Assembly (NCBI GenBank): GCA_043228905.1
Contig: JBHGNT010000020.1
Span: forward strand, 9,486,001-9,550,000
Source: Azolla caroliniana
Taxonomy: Eukaryota > Plantae > Polypodiophyta
Length of the DNA stretch: 64,000 bases
Reading direction: 5' to 3'
Shown here: piece after piece, positions 47,547-62,129 of the stretch
Layout: each line of letters starts with the position of its first letter
Numbering within the stretch: the first letter of the stretch is position 1
Program-made: the position numbers and the translations under genes
The notes under the pieces: generated by a model
What the model was told of the DNA's origin: nothing
What the model saw: only the letters and a program-made list of their open reading frames with translations
Database searches by the model: none

Positions 47547-49053
47547 CTTCTTGGTCGAATTGTACTTGCATCCCTTGCTCAACCATTTGGCCGACCGAGA
47601 CCAAATTCTTTGTGATGATGGGTACATGCAAGACATTTTTAATGTATGTTTGCTTACCTCTTTCGCCGAACGGAACATTGCCGATGTGCCGAATCGGGTG
47701 CGTAGTGTCATCTCCGATTTCGACATAACCGGGTCGCTCCAGCTCTCGAAGTTCGAGAAACCATTCTTTGTGGGATGTCATATGGTTTGAGGCTCCGGAG
47801 TCAACAAACCATACGTCCTCCGGATTGAGGGCACTAGTTGAGGTAGAGGCCGACATAGAGTTTGCTCTATGTTTCATCATGAACATTCTGCCACGGTCGG
47901 AGTTGTGCCCGTACATTCCGCTATACTCTTCGTAGTCGGAATTGTGCGCGTAATTCGTGAGTTGTCGGCTTGTGGAAGCCGATTCACGCATCTTCTTTCG
48001 GCACTCTTCTTCGTGGTGGTCGAGCTTTCCGCAATATCCGCATTCGGTTGCGTTTTGAAGGCTTGGGCCGGAGTGGAAGCTCCCCCTTCTTGCGAAGGTT
48101 CCTCGTTGGCCTCTGTTTTGCGGCCGAAATTGGGAGTTGTTGTCGTAGGTCGGACCTCGTCCGCCTTGTCCTTGGCCGAATCGGCCTCTCGCTCGTCCGC
48201 GTCCTCTTCCTCCATTAGAGTGCGTGTAGAGCATGTGGCCTTCCGACTCATTGCTCCTTGTACGCACGTGGTTTTCTTCGACCAATAGCATTGATTGGAG
48301 CTCGAAGAAGGAGGGAGATTTCTCCCATGCTAGAACAGCGGTTCGCATCGCGCCGAACCGTGGTGCGAGGCCGCCGAGGCATATTTGCACCATCTCATCA
48401 TCATCTATACTTACGCTTATTGAGCCGAGCGAGTCGCAAAGCTCCTTGATCTTCAAGGTGTATGTCGTGATGGACATATCCCTTTGTTGAATGTTGTTCA
48501 ACTCTTGGCGGAGTTGAAGCTTCCTCGCGGTCATGTTGGTGGCGAAAATCTTTCGTAGGTTTTCCCACGCTTCCTTCGGCGTCTTGGCTTCTCGAATGTA
48601 ACCGAGCATGTGGTCGTGAACACATGTCGCCAAACAATACATCACGCGGCTTGCGGCTTGCTCCCATGTTGCGTATCCGGGAGCTGCTTCGGAGGGTCGG
48701 TCTTCATGCGCTCCTTTGATGTAGCTCCAATAGCCTTGTCCGACAAGATATTGGTGCATCTTGTACTCCCAAGATGCGAAGTTGTTTCGATCCAACTTCT
48801 CGGTAGGGAGAGCGCTCCCCATTTGAGTATTCATTATGTCGATTCTTCTTCTTCTTCTTCTCTCTTTGAATGCGAGCTATGTAGAGAAGCTACGATAGCT
48901 ATGAGCCGGTTCTTGGTCGTCAGCGTAGAGCACAACACACGATCACGATGAGGCGAATGGGCTAGATCGAGCTACCAACCTTCGCTCTAATACCATGTAA
49001 AGAATCAAGAGATGGATTCTTGTGAAGCGGAAGAGATGTGAGTTATGTGTGTG

Positions 49054-49099
<46 letters not shown>

Positions 49100-52000
49100 C
49101 ACAGAGAATACGCAAGGTAGAAGTATGTTAACAAAGGAGAAAGACTCAACATTATACAAGGTGGGAGGAGGGTGCTTTATGTAGTCACCCTCTCTCTTCA
49201 TTAACTACAAGACTCATGGAGTATGGGGAATGTGAAAGCTCATAAGTTATGTGTCATAGAATATGATTCTATGACTCATACTAAATGCTAGAATACAAAG
49301 TGGTGACATAATGGTGACTCTTGACCATTGAGGTGTCTCTTCACTCTCAAGGTGAGTTCACACACTAGACCAATTTGAGCTTGATTCTCAACAGGGAGCA
49401 ATCAAGCAGGCCGGACCCAATCGACAAAACAATTCCGCTCAGTGTGGATACTGTGGTAAATTCGGCCACTATGAGGCAGAGTGTTGAGAAAAGAAGTGTG
49501 AGTCGGCCTCCACAAGCCGATAACTCACAAACTATGCCTCCAACTCTAACTACGACAATCGTGACAGAATGTTTGTGATGAGGCATAGAGAGAACTCGAT
49601 GACAACCTCCAACCCGACCAACACCTCCAAACCAGAAGATGTATGGTTTCTCGACTCAGGTGCATCCAACCACATGACATCCCACGAGGATTGGTTCAAG
49701 GAGCTACAAAAGCCTGAACGACCCGGCTATGTGGAAACTGGGGATGACACAATTCACCCCATTCAGCATGTCAGCAATGTCCCCTTTGGGGAAGAAGGCA
49801 ACCAAACCTACATCAAGAAAATTGGACATGTTCCTACAATAACAACTTAGTCTCAGTTGGCCAGATAGTCGAACAAGGCATGCAAGTCCGCTTCAATGAT
49901 GGAGGATGCTTCATCGAAAAAGAAGGGTAACTTATCGATCGCGGTTGGAGAGAAGGTCGGATGTTCATCCTCGACTCTCACGAGATGAAATCGGCAATGT
50001 ATGCCAAGGGCCGGAAGGCTGACATTGGAATAGAGTTGTGACACAAACGAATTGGCCATATTAACCTCCAAAAGCTCAAAGGAATGCAGTCAAAAGGAGT
50101 CGTCATCGGACTCACGACTTTTACCGAAAAGGAAATTGCAGGCGTATGCAAAGCTTGTCGATTCGGCAAACAACACTAACAACCGTTCCCAAAGGAGAGG
50201 AATGTAAGCAAAGGGATCCTAGATGTATTACATTCAAATGTATGGGGACCAGCCCAGACGACAACATTTGGTGGTTGCTAGTACTACGTTATGTTCATCG
50301 ACGACTTCACCAGACACACCTGAATTTATCCCATACACCAGAAGAGTGAAGTGTTCTCACACTTCCACAATTTCAAGAACGAAGTCGAAAAGGCAACCAA
50401 TCGACATGTACGATGCCTTCAATTGGACGGCAGGAAAGAGTACTTCTCCGACCCCTTTACCGCATACCTTCGACAAGAAGGAATCCGGCGGAAGTTTACT
50501 GCATCGGATTTCCATTGAAAATCTATTTTTTCAATATTTATTTATTTTTTATAGAAAAAATTCAAAAAAATTCAAAAAAATAAACCCTAAACCCCCTCAA
50601 CTTTTCGTGTGTGACATAAGTACCTTCTCCCTCTCTTTGTAAGGTTGGTTGTTCTTGCTTCCTTGTAATATAGTTTTCTGTTTCGTTTTCCTGTAACTCT
50701 CTCTCTCTCTCTCTCCACACACACACACACACAGTTCTTCCCACTCGATTCTTTACAACTCCTTTTTGTTGGAGATTCTTAACATGTTAGTTGTGCAAGA
50801 GGTTTTGTCCTCAAATCATCTTCCCGTACATTTTGAGTTTAATAAACATGTGCTAGTTATGTACAAAACACATTGCTTGATAAGGACTTTTTGACATTTA
50901 ATTCTTCTTTATTGTTTCATTATAGGTAGTTGATTGATAAGTTTTCACATATTCCTACACGATGCAACGTATTATAGATGCAATATAATCTACATAATGC
51001 TACATTGATGCAACATAATCCTCATGATGAAGACCGTTTGGATCTTCACATTCAATTACAAGAGATTGTGAAGAATTTATATTGCCAAAGTTATCAAAAG
51101 GCAAGATTTATTAGCTCCAAGAGGGGTTTATAGAGATTAGTCACAATCTCATATGTTTTTTCAAGGACTAAGATCATCATATGCTCGATCTAATGTGGTG
51201 CAAGTTTTAATAGGAAAGGAGCTTGTTGTGGGCCTAATCAAGATTATTGAGGTATGTATTTTTCATTTTAAGGATTTGGAGAAACCAAGGTTGATTATCA
51301 ACGACGATATGTTGAAAGTAAGACATGAGTTTTATAGTCCGTGAGTTTAGTGAAAAACCAACAATGACTTGTGATTAGGGTGAAATACCACTTGAACCCA
51401 AGCTAGTTGGTTCTCCCCTAAATGCATTGAGGCACTCATTATCAGGTGCTATTTCTCTCACATCTTGCCCAAAATTCATCAACTTGTGCTTGAGAGATCA
51501 CCATCCACACATTCATAAGGAATGTAGAGATTCTAAGGGGGGTGGAGATTTGTCAACAATGATTAATCCTTGTTAGATTATTGTTGATATCACAAAATAG
51601 TCTATGCTTAGATGGTCGGTACATCTACATCAGATCCATCAACCCTAAAGTTCAACATCTTTACTATGACCAAAATTTAGTGGCATATATGTTGTCCAAG
51701 GCAAGATATGAAGAAGAGGAGATATTAGAGCCGGATGATGAAGAATGAGAGGAATCAACCTTAGCCATAAGCATCATCATAAGGGATGATCCAAATGAGG
51801 AATATAATAAAGAATTCAAAGACATTGGAAAGTATCTAAAACCACCATGGAAAAATAAAGTTGGCCAAGAGGGAGCTTCTCAAACTTGAGGCAAAAAGTT
51901 CTCCAATTCTTCTTACATCATCGTGGAGTTTAAAGATGGGGAATCCAAAATGTGTTATCTGAAACCAAGAACAACTAAAGCTAGCTAGTGTTACTCGTAA

Positions 52001-52389
52001 GAAGTTTGCAAGATTTTATAGATTTCCTATAAGAGGTTGGGAGAGAGGTATGGTGTTCCGAAGTTTTAGGCCTAACCTGCAATTTCTAGGAACTTCGATG
52101 AAGCCCATCACTCTTGGCAACTAGATGTAGTAAAGCCCATGCGAGTTTATGGCATGTGGAGTTCGGGGCAGGAAGATACAATCTCCTTCTCTCTTCTTCT
52201 TTTTCTTATGTTTTTCAATAAAACAATATGATAATACAACCCTTGTTATCCCCACTACTTCATTGATAAGGATATGACAAGGTAAACCCTCTCAAGTGTT
52301 GTAATACTAGATGAAGTAAGTCTACCTCATCTTGAGATAGCATCACCATATAACATAGTTACAAAAATTGCCAAATCAACTTCCCTTCA

Positions 52390-53650
52390 TCCTACGGGGT
52401 TGTGTTACCCACGATGTTCATCAAACAAGAACCCATTTCTCATGGTCCAATACTTAGGGTTGTCAAACACGACTTGATATGATGACTTGGGTAGAGCTTT
52501 CGCACCATTAATGAAAACCCACTTAAAAGGTGACAGAAAATTTCCTATTCTTGATGCCCAAATTTGTGATATCAATACCCAAATGGCTTTAGCAATTGGG
52601 CATGTAATGAACCTATGTCTAACATCTTTGTCAACCATTGTACAAAAAAACATGTCCCATTCTAAATATGTATTCGTTTTAAAGCCATTGCCAAACACAA
52701 CCTACTAACCATCACATGCCAAAGGAATACCTTTGCACAAAATGGAATATGAGAATGTCATCTTTCATCTAAAACTCAACACCACCACATGACATGACAA
52801 TAATATGCCATGTATTCGAAACCTTATTTGTTAACCAAGCTCTATCTTCAACCAACTTATGGTATACATCATTAGTGTGCACTAGAAATATTGATTTTCC
52901 AATACCAAAAGACTAGTCTTTCCATGGTTTCTCGACCACCAACTTAGGAATCGGAAAAACTAGATTGGGCAAATGCCAATATTGATTGCCAAATATACCC
53001 ATATCCACGTGGTATATGAAACTTATTTCGAACTGTCCAAAAGGCTATCATTTTCCTACGTGACTCTAAGATAACATCTTCCACATTTACTAAGCCAGCC
53101 TTGCCATTCAATTGAATTGTCAATTGAGATTTTCTTTTCCATCCCAATGTAATATCCTTGAGGTTGCCAACACATCTGCCAAGAAAGTACTAATTGTTGA
53201 ACCATAATAGATTCTGAACATTTAAATGCACGAGTACTATTAACATGCCACGGTGATGTAATTCTTGTTTTGCCATAGGATATATCAACCTTTTCCACAA
53301 AATTGTCCAATTATATCTGCCCAAGGGTGGGTACCTATACACATACCTTTTAAAAGATTGAACCTTCGAGGCACCATATGATCTTCTAAATTTAGTAATG
53401 TGGCTCCCCTAAACTTTTTGGGGTACATATATTGTTCCATGAAACCCAATTCATACCAAGCTTTGAATATTTGTTCCACAATGTATATTCAAGTGAACGA
53501 GCGGATTGATTAAGTGATTTCTTTGTCCATAATAATAATGGTAAAAACCAAGAAATCATTGGAATTATTATTTTCGTTTGTACCACTTTGAGATGAGTAC
53601 TAAACGACAAAGCTTGAGACTTCCAATTCATAAACTTGAGATGAGGAGGA
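52390..53650 (-). mobile_element. Degenerate L1-like LINE ORF2 C-terminal remnant
   Basis: WKSQALSF, WVSWNNICTPK..GATLLNL and C..H.FITCPIAKAIW (zf-RVT-like), with many frameshifts. Confidence 0.72.
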
Positions 53651-53739
53651 AGTGTTGTCTTGCCTGGTGTATATGTCCCGAGAGAAGAGACCTCAATGCA
53701 AGCACCGCTATAAAACTGGCAACATGAATGTGTTGGTCC

Positions 53740-54830
53740 TCTCTCTCTCTCTCTGGAAGTTGAAATATGACAAAGGGACAAATTTATAATTGCTACAACA
53801 ATGGGCATGTGAATAATAACGTTCAAGAAAGGAAGAGGTATTTGAGTTGGTGCAATCAGATGTTTGTGGTTCCTTGAAGGTAAAGTCAATAGGTGTTGCA
53901 CACTACTTTGTCGCCTTTATTGATGATCATTCTATAGAAAACTTTGGGTTTGAACATTGAAAACGAAGGATCACGTATTTAATGTGTTTAAATAAATGTA
54001 TGTTTCTATTGAAAGAGAGATGGGAAAGAGGCTTAAATGCATTCCCGCTGATAATGGTGGTGAATATTGTGGATCCTTCGATACATAATGTCAAGAACAT
54101 GGAATCAAGAATCAAAAGACACCACCAAAAACCCCAAAACTGAATGGCTTGGTGGAAAGGATGAATAGAACTCTACTTGAGAGAGTTAGATGTTTGCTCT
54201 CAGAAATCTTTTTGGGGTGATGTCGTGAGGATTATTGTTTCATATGTTATTAATTTATCTCCTCTTGTTGCCATTGTAGGATGATGTCTTAATAGAGTTT
54301 TGTACGATAAGGATGTTTCCTACATGATCATTTACAAGTGTTTGGTTCTAAATGTTTTCTGCATGTATTCGAAAATGAAAGGTCTAAGGTAGATGTTAAA
54401 TCCAAACAATGTATCTTTTTTTTCTTTTTTTTTAAAGAAGATATCCTGTCATTAGTGTAACCATTTTACAATATTTAAATTCTATGTGACGGGGGGGGGG
54501 AGAGAACAACCATTTCGGAGGTTGAAAATGCCAATAAGGAGTACCACAGTTGGCTGTCATGAATGGAGTAGCTTTCCATATAGTGATAAACTCATGCCAT
54601 TGAGCAATTTTAGCATTAGAATCTCCAACAATACCATCCCATTGTCCCTTCAAAGTATGAACTATGTCTAACCAAATATTTGAAACCAATTCAGTCGGTG
54701 GTGTTTTAAGTTTTTTTCAAGGATCAAACCATTGAAGACATTGAAAAGGCAAATGGGTCAAACAATCAAATAGATGGTGGTCTTATTGATTTTGACCTGA
54801 TTTCTACGACCAAATATGCTACATATGGAG
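53740..54830 (+). mobile_element. Old Copia integrase remnant (Tnt1/Tork-like)
   Basis: ELVQSDVCG, YFVAFIDDHS, DNGGEY, TPKLNGLVERMNRTL, DQTIEDIEK visible in + frames. Confidence 0.75.
54416..54700 (-). mobile_element. 5'-truncated LINE 3' end with A-rich tail, inserted in the Copia remnant
   Basis: T-run 54416-54432 next to a minus-strand Trp-rich ORF fragment ending WHFQPPKWLFSPPP; Copia sequence on both sides. Confidence 0.55.
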
Positions 54831-57800
54831 ATGCTTCCCAACCATAGTCTGAACCATATGTACCATATGTGCATTCGTATTCGAGAATGGTAAACACCCT
54901 CGAAGTATGGTAAATACCATACTTTTGTATTCATTATTTATTATAAGGTAATTTTTTTTTAAGGTAAAAAGTGTAAAAAAAACATAAGAATGTTTTGATA
55001 ACATATGCATTTGTTTTCATTCATATGAAAAAGAATGTTTGCCAATGCATTCAAGTATATTACGTACTATGTTCCCAACAAAGCGAAGACCGTGAGGATG
55101 TTGATGCTACACTTTGGGGGTGTGTTAGGGTTTTGTTCTAGTGGGTTTACGTGCATCGCTTTATTTTATGTTGGAAGAAACCAAGATTATGATAAAAGTT
55201 TTTCTTAGATAAAAGAATGATCTTGCATCATTCATCTTGCATCTCTCCTGTTTCTGCTCCTCCCGTTCTCGTAAGATTCTCTTCATCCTTCATCTCCTAC
55301 TTTTGCTCCTCCATTCTCCTCTTTTCAAAATCTAGGTGATTCTACCAAAACTATAGTCTACAACCGTAATTTTTTTACGATTTAAAGAAGGCATCTTAGT
55401 GGGAGAAATTCCATGAACAATTTAAAGAAGGGGAAAACCTTTGAAAAATTTATTGTCCCAAAGGCCAAAGCCATTAGGAAATCCTATATAACCCGAAGGA
55501 CGAGATCGATGACTTGGCATCTACATTGATTGATGACCCGACGCCTAGGTTCCACATATTTTTTCCTTTCACCCCCTAGAACCTACCCCAAGGAATTAAG
55601 GGAGGGGAACTTTACATCCCAAATGCGAGTAAACCTTTTCAATAAAATGATTTAATATAAATTTAAATTTACTATAACACTAAAAAACACCCTTCCCCTT
55701 AAAATCAAATATACAAACAATTGCACAAGCCCTCACATAAACACACATTCATTCATTCACACTACACATTTTATAAGCATTCAAGACATAGGAGCACCCC
55801 TAAATTCTTACACATATGAATATTTGACAATCACTCACACATTCCCAATTCACTTGGAACACTTATAAGCACAAACACAATTGCTCGTGCATATAACAAC
55901 CACAACTACACTATTATTGCTTCTCATAAACATGTTTACATGTACTCGTCTACTACAAGCAAACAAACAAACACACACACATAAAGGTGCACACATTGGA
56001 GAAACTAAGCACACATTCTTCCTCATTTAGAAACACAACTTTACAGTTACTCATACACATATTCATCTAAATGGATAAAACATTTATTTGACATCTGCAG
56101 ATGCACAATCACACGAGTGTACTTGCATAACCGCATATATATTCACATATTCCAAAATGCAAATTTACCAAACTAATCTACATTACAACTTGATAAAGAT
56201 TGAAGAGATAGTTGTAACCCTTCATCACCAACATCATTGACAAAGTCATCTTCTTTGGTTCGAGTTCCCCGTGGTCCTACTCAACACACACACACACACA
56301 CACACACGTAATTTTCATGACAATGATTTCCGATAGCTCATCATGTCGTGCCTTTTTGAAACTTGCTACTTATGAATTCGCAAACAATTTGTGGTTGTGT
56401 TGCTTTAATTCCACAAATTTGGTTGGTAGAAAATTGAATTAAGAGAGAATGTGCATGTACTCTTTCTTGTTGATAGAATGCACAAGTTTTAGTTCAAATT
56501 ATCATATGATAGAATCCCAATAACAATGATTAATATAAAAAAATACGATGAAAATGAGTAGACAAGATTTTGTATCAACAATACACATAGATTACAAGAG
56601 AGCGTCGATGACTCACATTGAATCAGAAATGTTCATTAATTATTAGAGAACCTGCTTATTTACCATGGTTAAACATATGCATGCTCATCACATTGCCACC
56701 ATGCATGATCATCACTTGGCATTGATGCAAGAATTCCATTAGCAACCATCTATTAGATTGTGCTAGGTGATGATATTTCATAATATTACATGTATGCCTT
56801 ACACTGACATTTTACAAACTCACAAAATAATCGCTCTTGAACAAAGATAGGGCTAATAATTATATTGCAAATGTGTGGAGGCTACCTAGTCTATATAGGT
56901 AGGAGCTTGTTATTTGTGGAGATTCTCATTTATGCCATGTTGGATCTTACCTTTGCAAGGACAAAGGTAAGCCCTTCATGAACACTCAAGTACAAGGTGT
57001 TGTGTACTAATGTATATGAACACTCAAGTACAATCAAAGCCTTGAATTTATGCATAATGTATATGAGCTACTAGAAGAAGAGTTTAAAACCAATAAGGAT
57101 GCAAGGTTGTGGAAAAGACATCTGACTTTTCTATGTTAAAGACGTTATACAAAAGAAGGCTTTTTAAAGGATATTTGAAAGCAACATCAAGGTTTAATTT
57201 TGAGCAAGGTCTCAAATTTGTGGTTCATACAAAACCAAAACCAGAGCATTGAAAGATTAAGAGATCCTTCATGATCAATGATCCAAAATCTAGAATGTAT
57301 ATCATTACATTAGTTAGATACAAAGAAGTTTGCGGTGGACAGGAAATGATGGATTCCTTAAACCAAGAATGGACATTGATAATGTTCACAAAACACATTA
57401 TGAGCAGGCTTGGGGGTGTGTTGAATTCATCGTACTAAACGTGATGAATTCATGCTAGCTTTAACATCAAAGGTAAGAAATTAGTTACAAATGTTCAAAG
57501 AACTGAACAAGTTTCTTCTCAAGTAAAAGTTGGTTGAACTTGGAGGCTGGAAAACCTAATATCTGAAGCTTGAAATGAGCTTGAAAATAAAAGCTGAAGC
57601 TTGTAGAAGAGAATGAGAATACTAAAACTCAAGGCAATTCCTATCAAGCTATATTCTGAAAGAGAAGACATGGCAAAGATGCATGCGTGTAGCTTCTGGA
57701 GGAACAAGAACGATGAAAGATCAAGGATTGACAAAGAAAGAAAGAAAGAAAGAAAGATATATTAACGTCTTTTAAGAGGCCAAAATGGCCTATAAGACCA

Positions 57801-58141
57801 AATAAGAGATTACATCTTGCGCGTTGTCTTGTCTTTGACATTAGTGACATTAAAACTGCAGTTGAGATTTCTGAAGAAGTGAATGAATCAAATACAGCAT
57901 TTTCATACAAATTGAACCTTCCTTCGCATGGATGAGAATTCACATAATGAGGCCACCTCGGTAATTTCCAAATTTATATAACATGTATTTCTAGTTTATA
58001 GCATGAAAATACTACCCTAGGAAACAGAAAGTATACATCTGGTGTACAAGGTCCGAAAAGAGTAGATTGCATACTCTTTACTTCATACCAACAGTATGTC
58101 CCAATATTAAGCCAACCCCAACCTTACAAGTTGCTGCAAAT

Positions 58142-61100
58142 TCAAGCAATCTCACATATATTTGATACTGACGTTCTCAATATAGTTGTTTTCTCTAATT
58201 GGTCCCCAGAAGCACAAAAAGCATGACTTGATTTGAAGACATTCCGAGCCTCCCTTTGTAAAGGGCTCATCATCTTATCACTCTCTGTTTCATGGCTCAA
58301 GTTACCTGAATCATTTTCACTACTATCAAGCTGTTCAAAAACATCAAGAGGAAGTTTCCCATTTTGCCATGTGCTCAAGATTGAGCGTTCTAAGACAGTT
58401 GAAGAATTAGTTGCATTATTATCTACTTTAGAAGAATTTCTCATCCCTAAAGAAGCAATAAGATCTGCACTGACACTTCCAAAGCTATCAAAGCTGCTTT
58501 CTATATCTACACCTGCAGTGGGAGAGCTCTTTGATTGATGATGAATTACAGGTCGTGATGTAGATGATCTGCTTCTTGCCATTGTAGCAGCTTGTATAAT
58601 ATCATGTTTACTTAGAAAAGCTAAACTCCATGGATCTATCTTTACTGATAACTTCCTCTTTGCAAATGTCATTGGGGCACTGCGTTGCTGATCCCAAATC
58701 AAGTATTATTAGCATTAGGAAATAACAATCTAGCAACATCTTAGTTTGTTTCAGTGTGTGAGAGAAAATAAGCTGAATTAAAATAAAATGTCTTATAAAA
58801 CTTTCCTGTCACATCAAAGTTAATAACTGTAAACCTTTGTGTTAGATATATGCGATCAAAGGAATGCATGTAAATTTACAACTACATACATAGAGGCATG
58901 CTGGAATACATGATACCAGTGTTAGATATAATCTAAAAGAAGTAATAAACCCTAGAGAACACACACACACAGAAAAAGAGGGAAAGAGAGAGAAGCGCCT
59001 TCCCATACTTCATCGGGCCGGATATGTAAGATGTTAGCCGTTCCAGTTTCTGGTTTCAGAGCTAGGCTTGTATTCTCAATTTCATCCCTTGTTTGTGTTG
59101 AAATGCGTGAATTGGATAAATCATGGTTCTGAACTTCCAGATTTTGCTCTCTTACAGCAATCATGTAGTCATATGTCGTGATTGCCTAGTGTTGAAAATG
59201 CATTAAAAAAATGAGTTTACTTCCATTATTTATATATTAGAGTAAACCTCAAAATACCCTGGAGAGTCTCTTTCCCTCAAAAATTCCTGGTCTATGCCCT
59301 GTCAAGAAACTATATGTAGTATTTGAGAATCAGATGGATAATTCATCTCATTCTTCACAATTATAAAATTATGTCATAGCCATTGTCTCTATTTCTTAGG
59401 TTGACCAGGGCCATTTGGGAAAATAAGAAAAATTGGGTATTTCAGAGATTTTTCCAATGTAATATGCAATACAACTCTGTAGATTAAGCACAAGATAGAT
59501 CACCTTTTTTATGAGAAGGGCATGAAAAAAGGAAAGTTGACCTAAAAAATAAGCAGCTGCGATGGCTATCATCGTGCATAAAACCTGCAACATTTCTCAA
59601 AATTTGAGCAAACAAAACATGCATGGCATTCATATCTATCTATCTATCTATATATATGTATGTATGTATGTATGTATATATGTATATATATACATAGTAA
59701 TAAGTATTGTAAGTGTTTTTCTCTTCACATACCACCACAAGAAGGTATACTATTGATGAGAAGCTTTTACCCAACTTCAAAGCAACAATAGTTTCAAAAT
59801 GTCTTCCATTCAAGATACGATGCACAATGATCCATAGTCCAAATAGCCCCTGCACAACAAACTGCCTTGTCAAGGCAAAAGGGGAAAACATCATTAGTAA
59901 GAACCATATTGAGAATATATCATTTCTAGATTTACATCCATAATGTGGGATAATGTAATGCCCTTGGAACAACTTAACAACAAATGGACCTATAGCAATA
60001 TTATGAATCAGAGTCTGCTTTCACAATAACATACCCACACAACAATTGGCTTGCTTCCTAAAGCTTAATAGCAGAATATATATATATAATTAGTCAAAAC
60101 TCCTTAACAGCAAAAATCACTTGGCTTTTTAAAAATGAGACAATTCCTCACCATAAAGAATCCTGACAAAATCAGGCACATAAAACCCCTGTAGTTTTTT
60201 CGACCAATGCAGTTGTTCAGCCACTGTCCAATTAAAGACATGATCCAAGTTATGAAAGACTAACACATTCAGAAAAATATGCATCTTCATATTACATCTT
60301 AAGTCACAGGTGTAATTAAAAAGACAATGAAACCAACCCGGCAGTGATGATCAAAGCCATCCACACATTTATCACAAATGCGACAGTGTTTGCTGTGCTT
60401 AAATATCTACACCAAAATAGTATGATATGATAATATTAAAAATTAAACAGAAAAAAAATGAGATTATTGATGGAAATTCAGCATCTTTACCTCAACCTTA
60501 CATAAATTACAGTATAGAATGTCCTCCTCAGATATTGACACTTCCTTGCTTGGTTTTTGCATGCAAATGCAACTCAGCAAGGAATGCTTCTCTGACTTAA
60601 GTGTACGCAATGATACAGAGTCTTTCTTCTTGAATGATGGAAGGGATAAATCATGATGCTTAAGACGTTGCACATGAGTATCTACTGGATTAGTTGCCAC
60701 ACACCAGATGTAAAGAACAGATACCACAGTGGCCTAAAAATAAGAAGTAATTAAATGATTCTTATTAAAAATGATATAAGAGGTTCAATATTCACATGAA
60801 AGGGAAAAAAACGTTTTGTATTCCAAATTAAACCTGATTCATATTAAAAGTATGACACCTACTTATATTGCAAATACAATTTGATGGATTGATGCAATCA
60901 TAGATAATTTTTTGTTTAATATTACGCCATGAAAGTATTGACATGGCACTGTCTTAGATTCCGCATTGAAAGATGATGCAAATACTGAAACAAATTCACA
61001 TACATTCTTTGTCCTCTAATTCTTTCTTGCTTGATAGGAACTTTTCATACTACCTCAATTGTCGACCATACATACTTCAGACCATGAATGGAAAAAGTTA

Positions 61101-62091
61101 CTAAAGTGTCCATTATACACACCACGAGCTGTCCGTTAAAATTCATATATATTCAAGAATACTAGAACGAACAAAACATTCCTTTGATAGAGAATATGCT
61201 GAAGTTGTTAAACAGTTTGTTACCGTAGGAGAATAGGCTGCAAATAGAAACACCTTCAGAATTCCAGATTCTACAAAGGGTAGAAAGAAAATGTAGAACG
61301 CAAATACAAGAGCCAGAAATGTTGCACCTGCAGTAATCTGCACATACACAACAGAATTATTGTTATCTATATGAAATTCATTGAATCTGTTTATGATTTG
61401 TACTTAAATTTCACTGCCATCGAGAGATGAAGCCATGATTTACCTAGAATGCTAGACAAATAGAAGGGCTAACAATACTATTACAATTTTTCGTAAAATT
61501 ATTTCAAAAGAAAAAAGAAGGCATCTGCATTGTAGGCTTAAGACATTTTTCCCCTCAAAACATCTTTATAAAGCCATATGCATACACTATAAATTATAAT
61601 CCTCTCATGGCCTCCAGTGCAGGAGACAATTCTGTGTCTATCCATAAAAGTGGAGCATCACTATAGGGAATAGTTCTGTTCCACAGATCAAAATAGGCAC
61701 CAGAGCCTATGAAAATGCAAGCATCTCCAGTGTTTCCATACAATTTTGGAGCTAGACATGGTAAATGTGATCAATCACAAGAAATTTAATATTATAGAGC
61801 AGTATAGGGTTTCACTGATCATTCAAACATTCTTAGTTGAAAGAAAAAAACTTCCATCATTGGCCATTTTATCTTCAACGGTTCATGTTTTCCAAAGTAA
61901 TATCTTCAAACAGCAGGCGCTGCAATAAAATAGCTTAAAGAAAATCTCTTTGAACAGCAGATTTGAACTTGACACAAAGTAATAAGCATTTAGAATGAGA
62001 TGAAAGATCTTGGAAGAGGATGAAACATGAATATACAATAATGAAATACCTGAAGTGGATGATATGGCAATTGCCAGCCATGATTCCGCAT
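58142..62091 (-). CDS. DHHC-type protein S-acyltransferase (PAT19-22 group, most like PAT22), ~490 aa; exons 62091-62050, 61337-61224, 60733-60491, 60406-60338, 60223-60152, 59861-59733, 59584-59504, 59185-59009, 58687-58142
   Basis: [14 protein letters not shown] start, two TM helices, [41 protein letters not shown], two more TM helices, TTYDY, VKIDPW; all introns GT-AG, phase 0. The last acceptor is least certain. Confidence 0.92.
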
Positions 62092-62129
62092 CTTCTTGTG
62101 TTTACTTTTGATGTGATTTTATAGAGAAT

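Larger units (their letters stand above)
40691..48834 (-). pseudogene. Copia F gag-pol polyprotein (gag, CCHC, PR, INT, RT, RH), split at 43664-47546 and with one premature stop at 41201-41203
   Basis: ORFs 47530-48834, 41201-43699 and 40691-41002 join in frame once the insertion and one TSD copy are removed (QFDQE|GCFIE). Confidence 0.92.
40038..49393 (-). mobile_element. Ty1/Copia element F, nearly intact, interrupted by a DNA transposon
   Basis: LTRs 48996-49393 and 40038-40424 (outer 11 bp missing; ~5 substitutions); PBS tggtattagagcg 48995-48983; PPT 40425-40437. Confidence 0.95.
39115..50757 (+). mobile_element. Degenerate Copia element G (5' LTR 39115-39511, PBS, deleted gag, protease, partial integrase, partial 3' LTR ~50611-50757), interrupted by element F
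   Basis: LTR ends ttctttaca at 39511 and 50757; PBS tgatatcagagc 39512-39523; WFLDSGASNHMT; integrase to ~50500. No matching TSD seen. Confidence 0.82.

Noticed and set aside
50760-52380. Gypsy-like pol remnants
   Set aside because: Too degenerate to assign domains or boundaries by eye.
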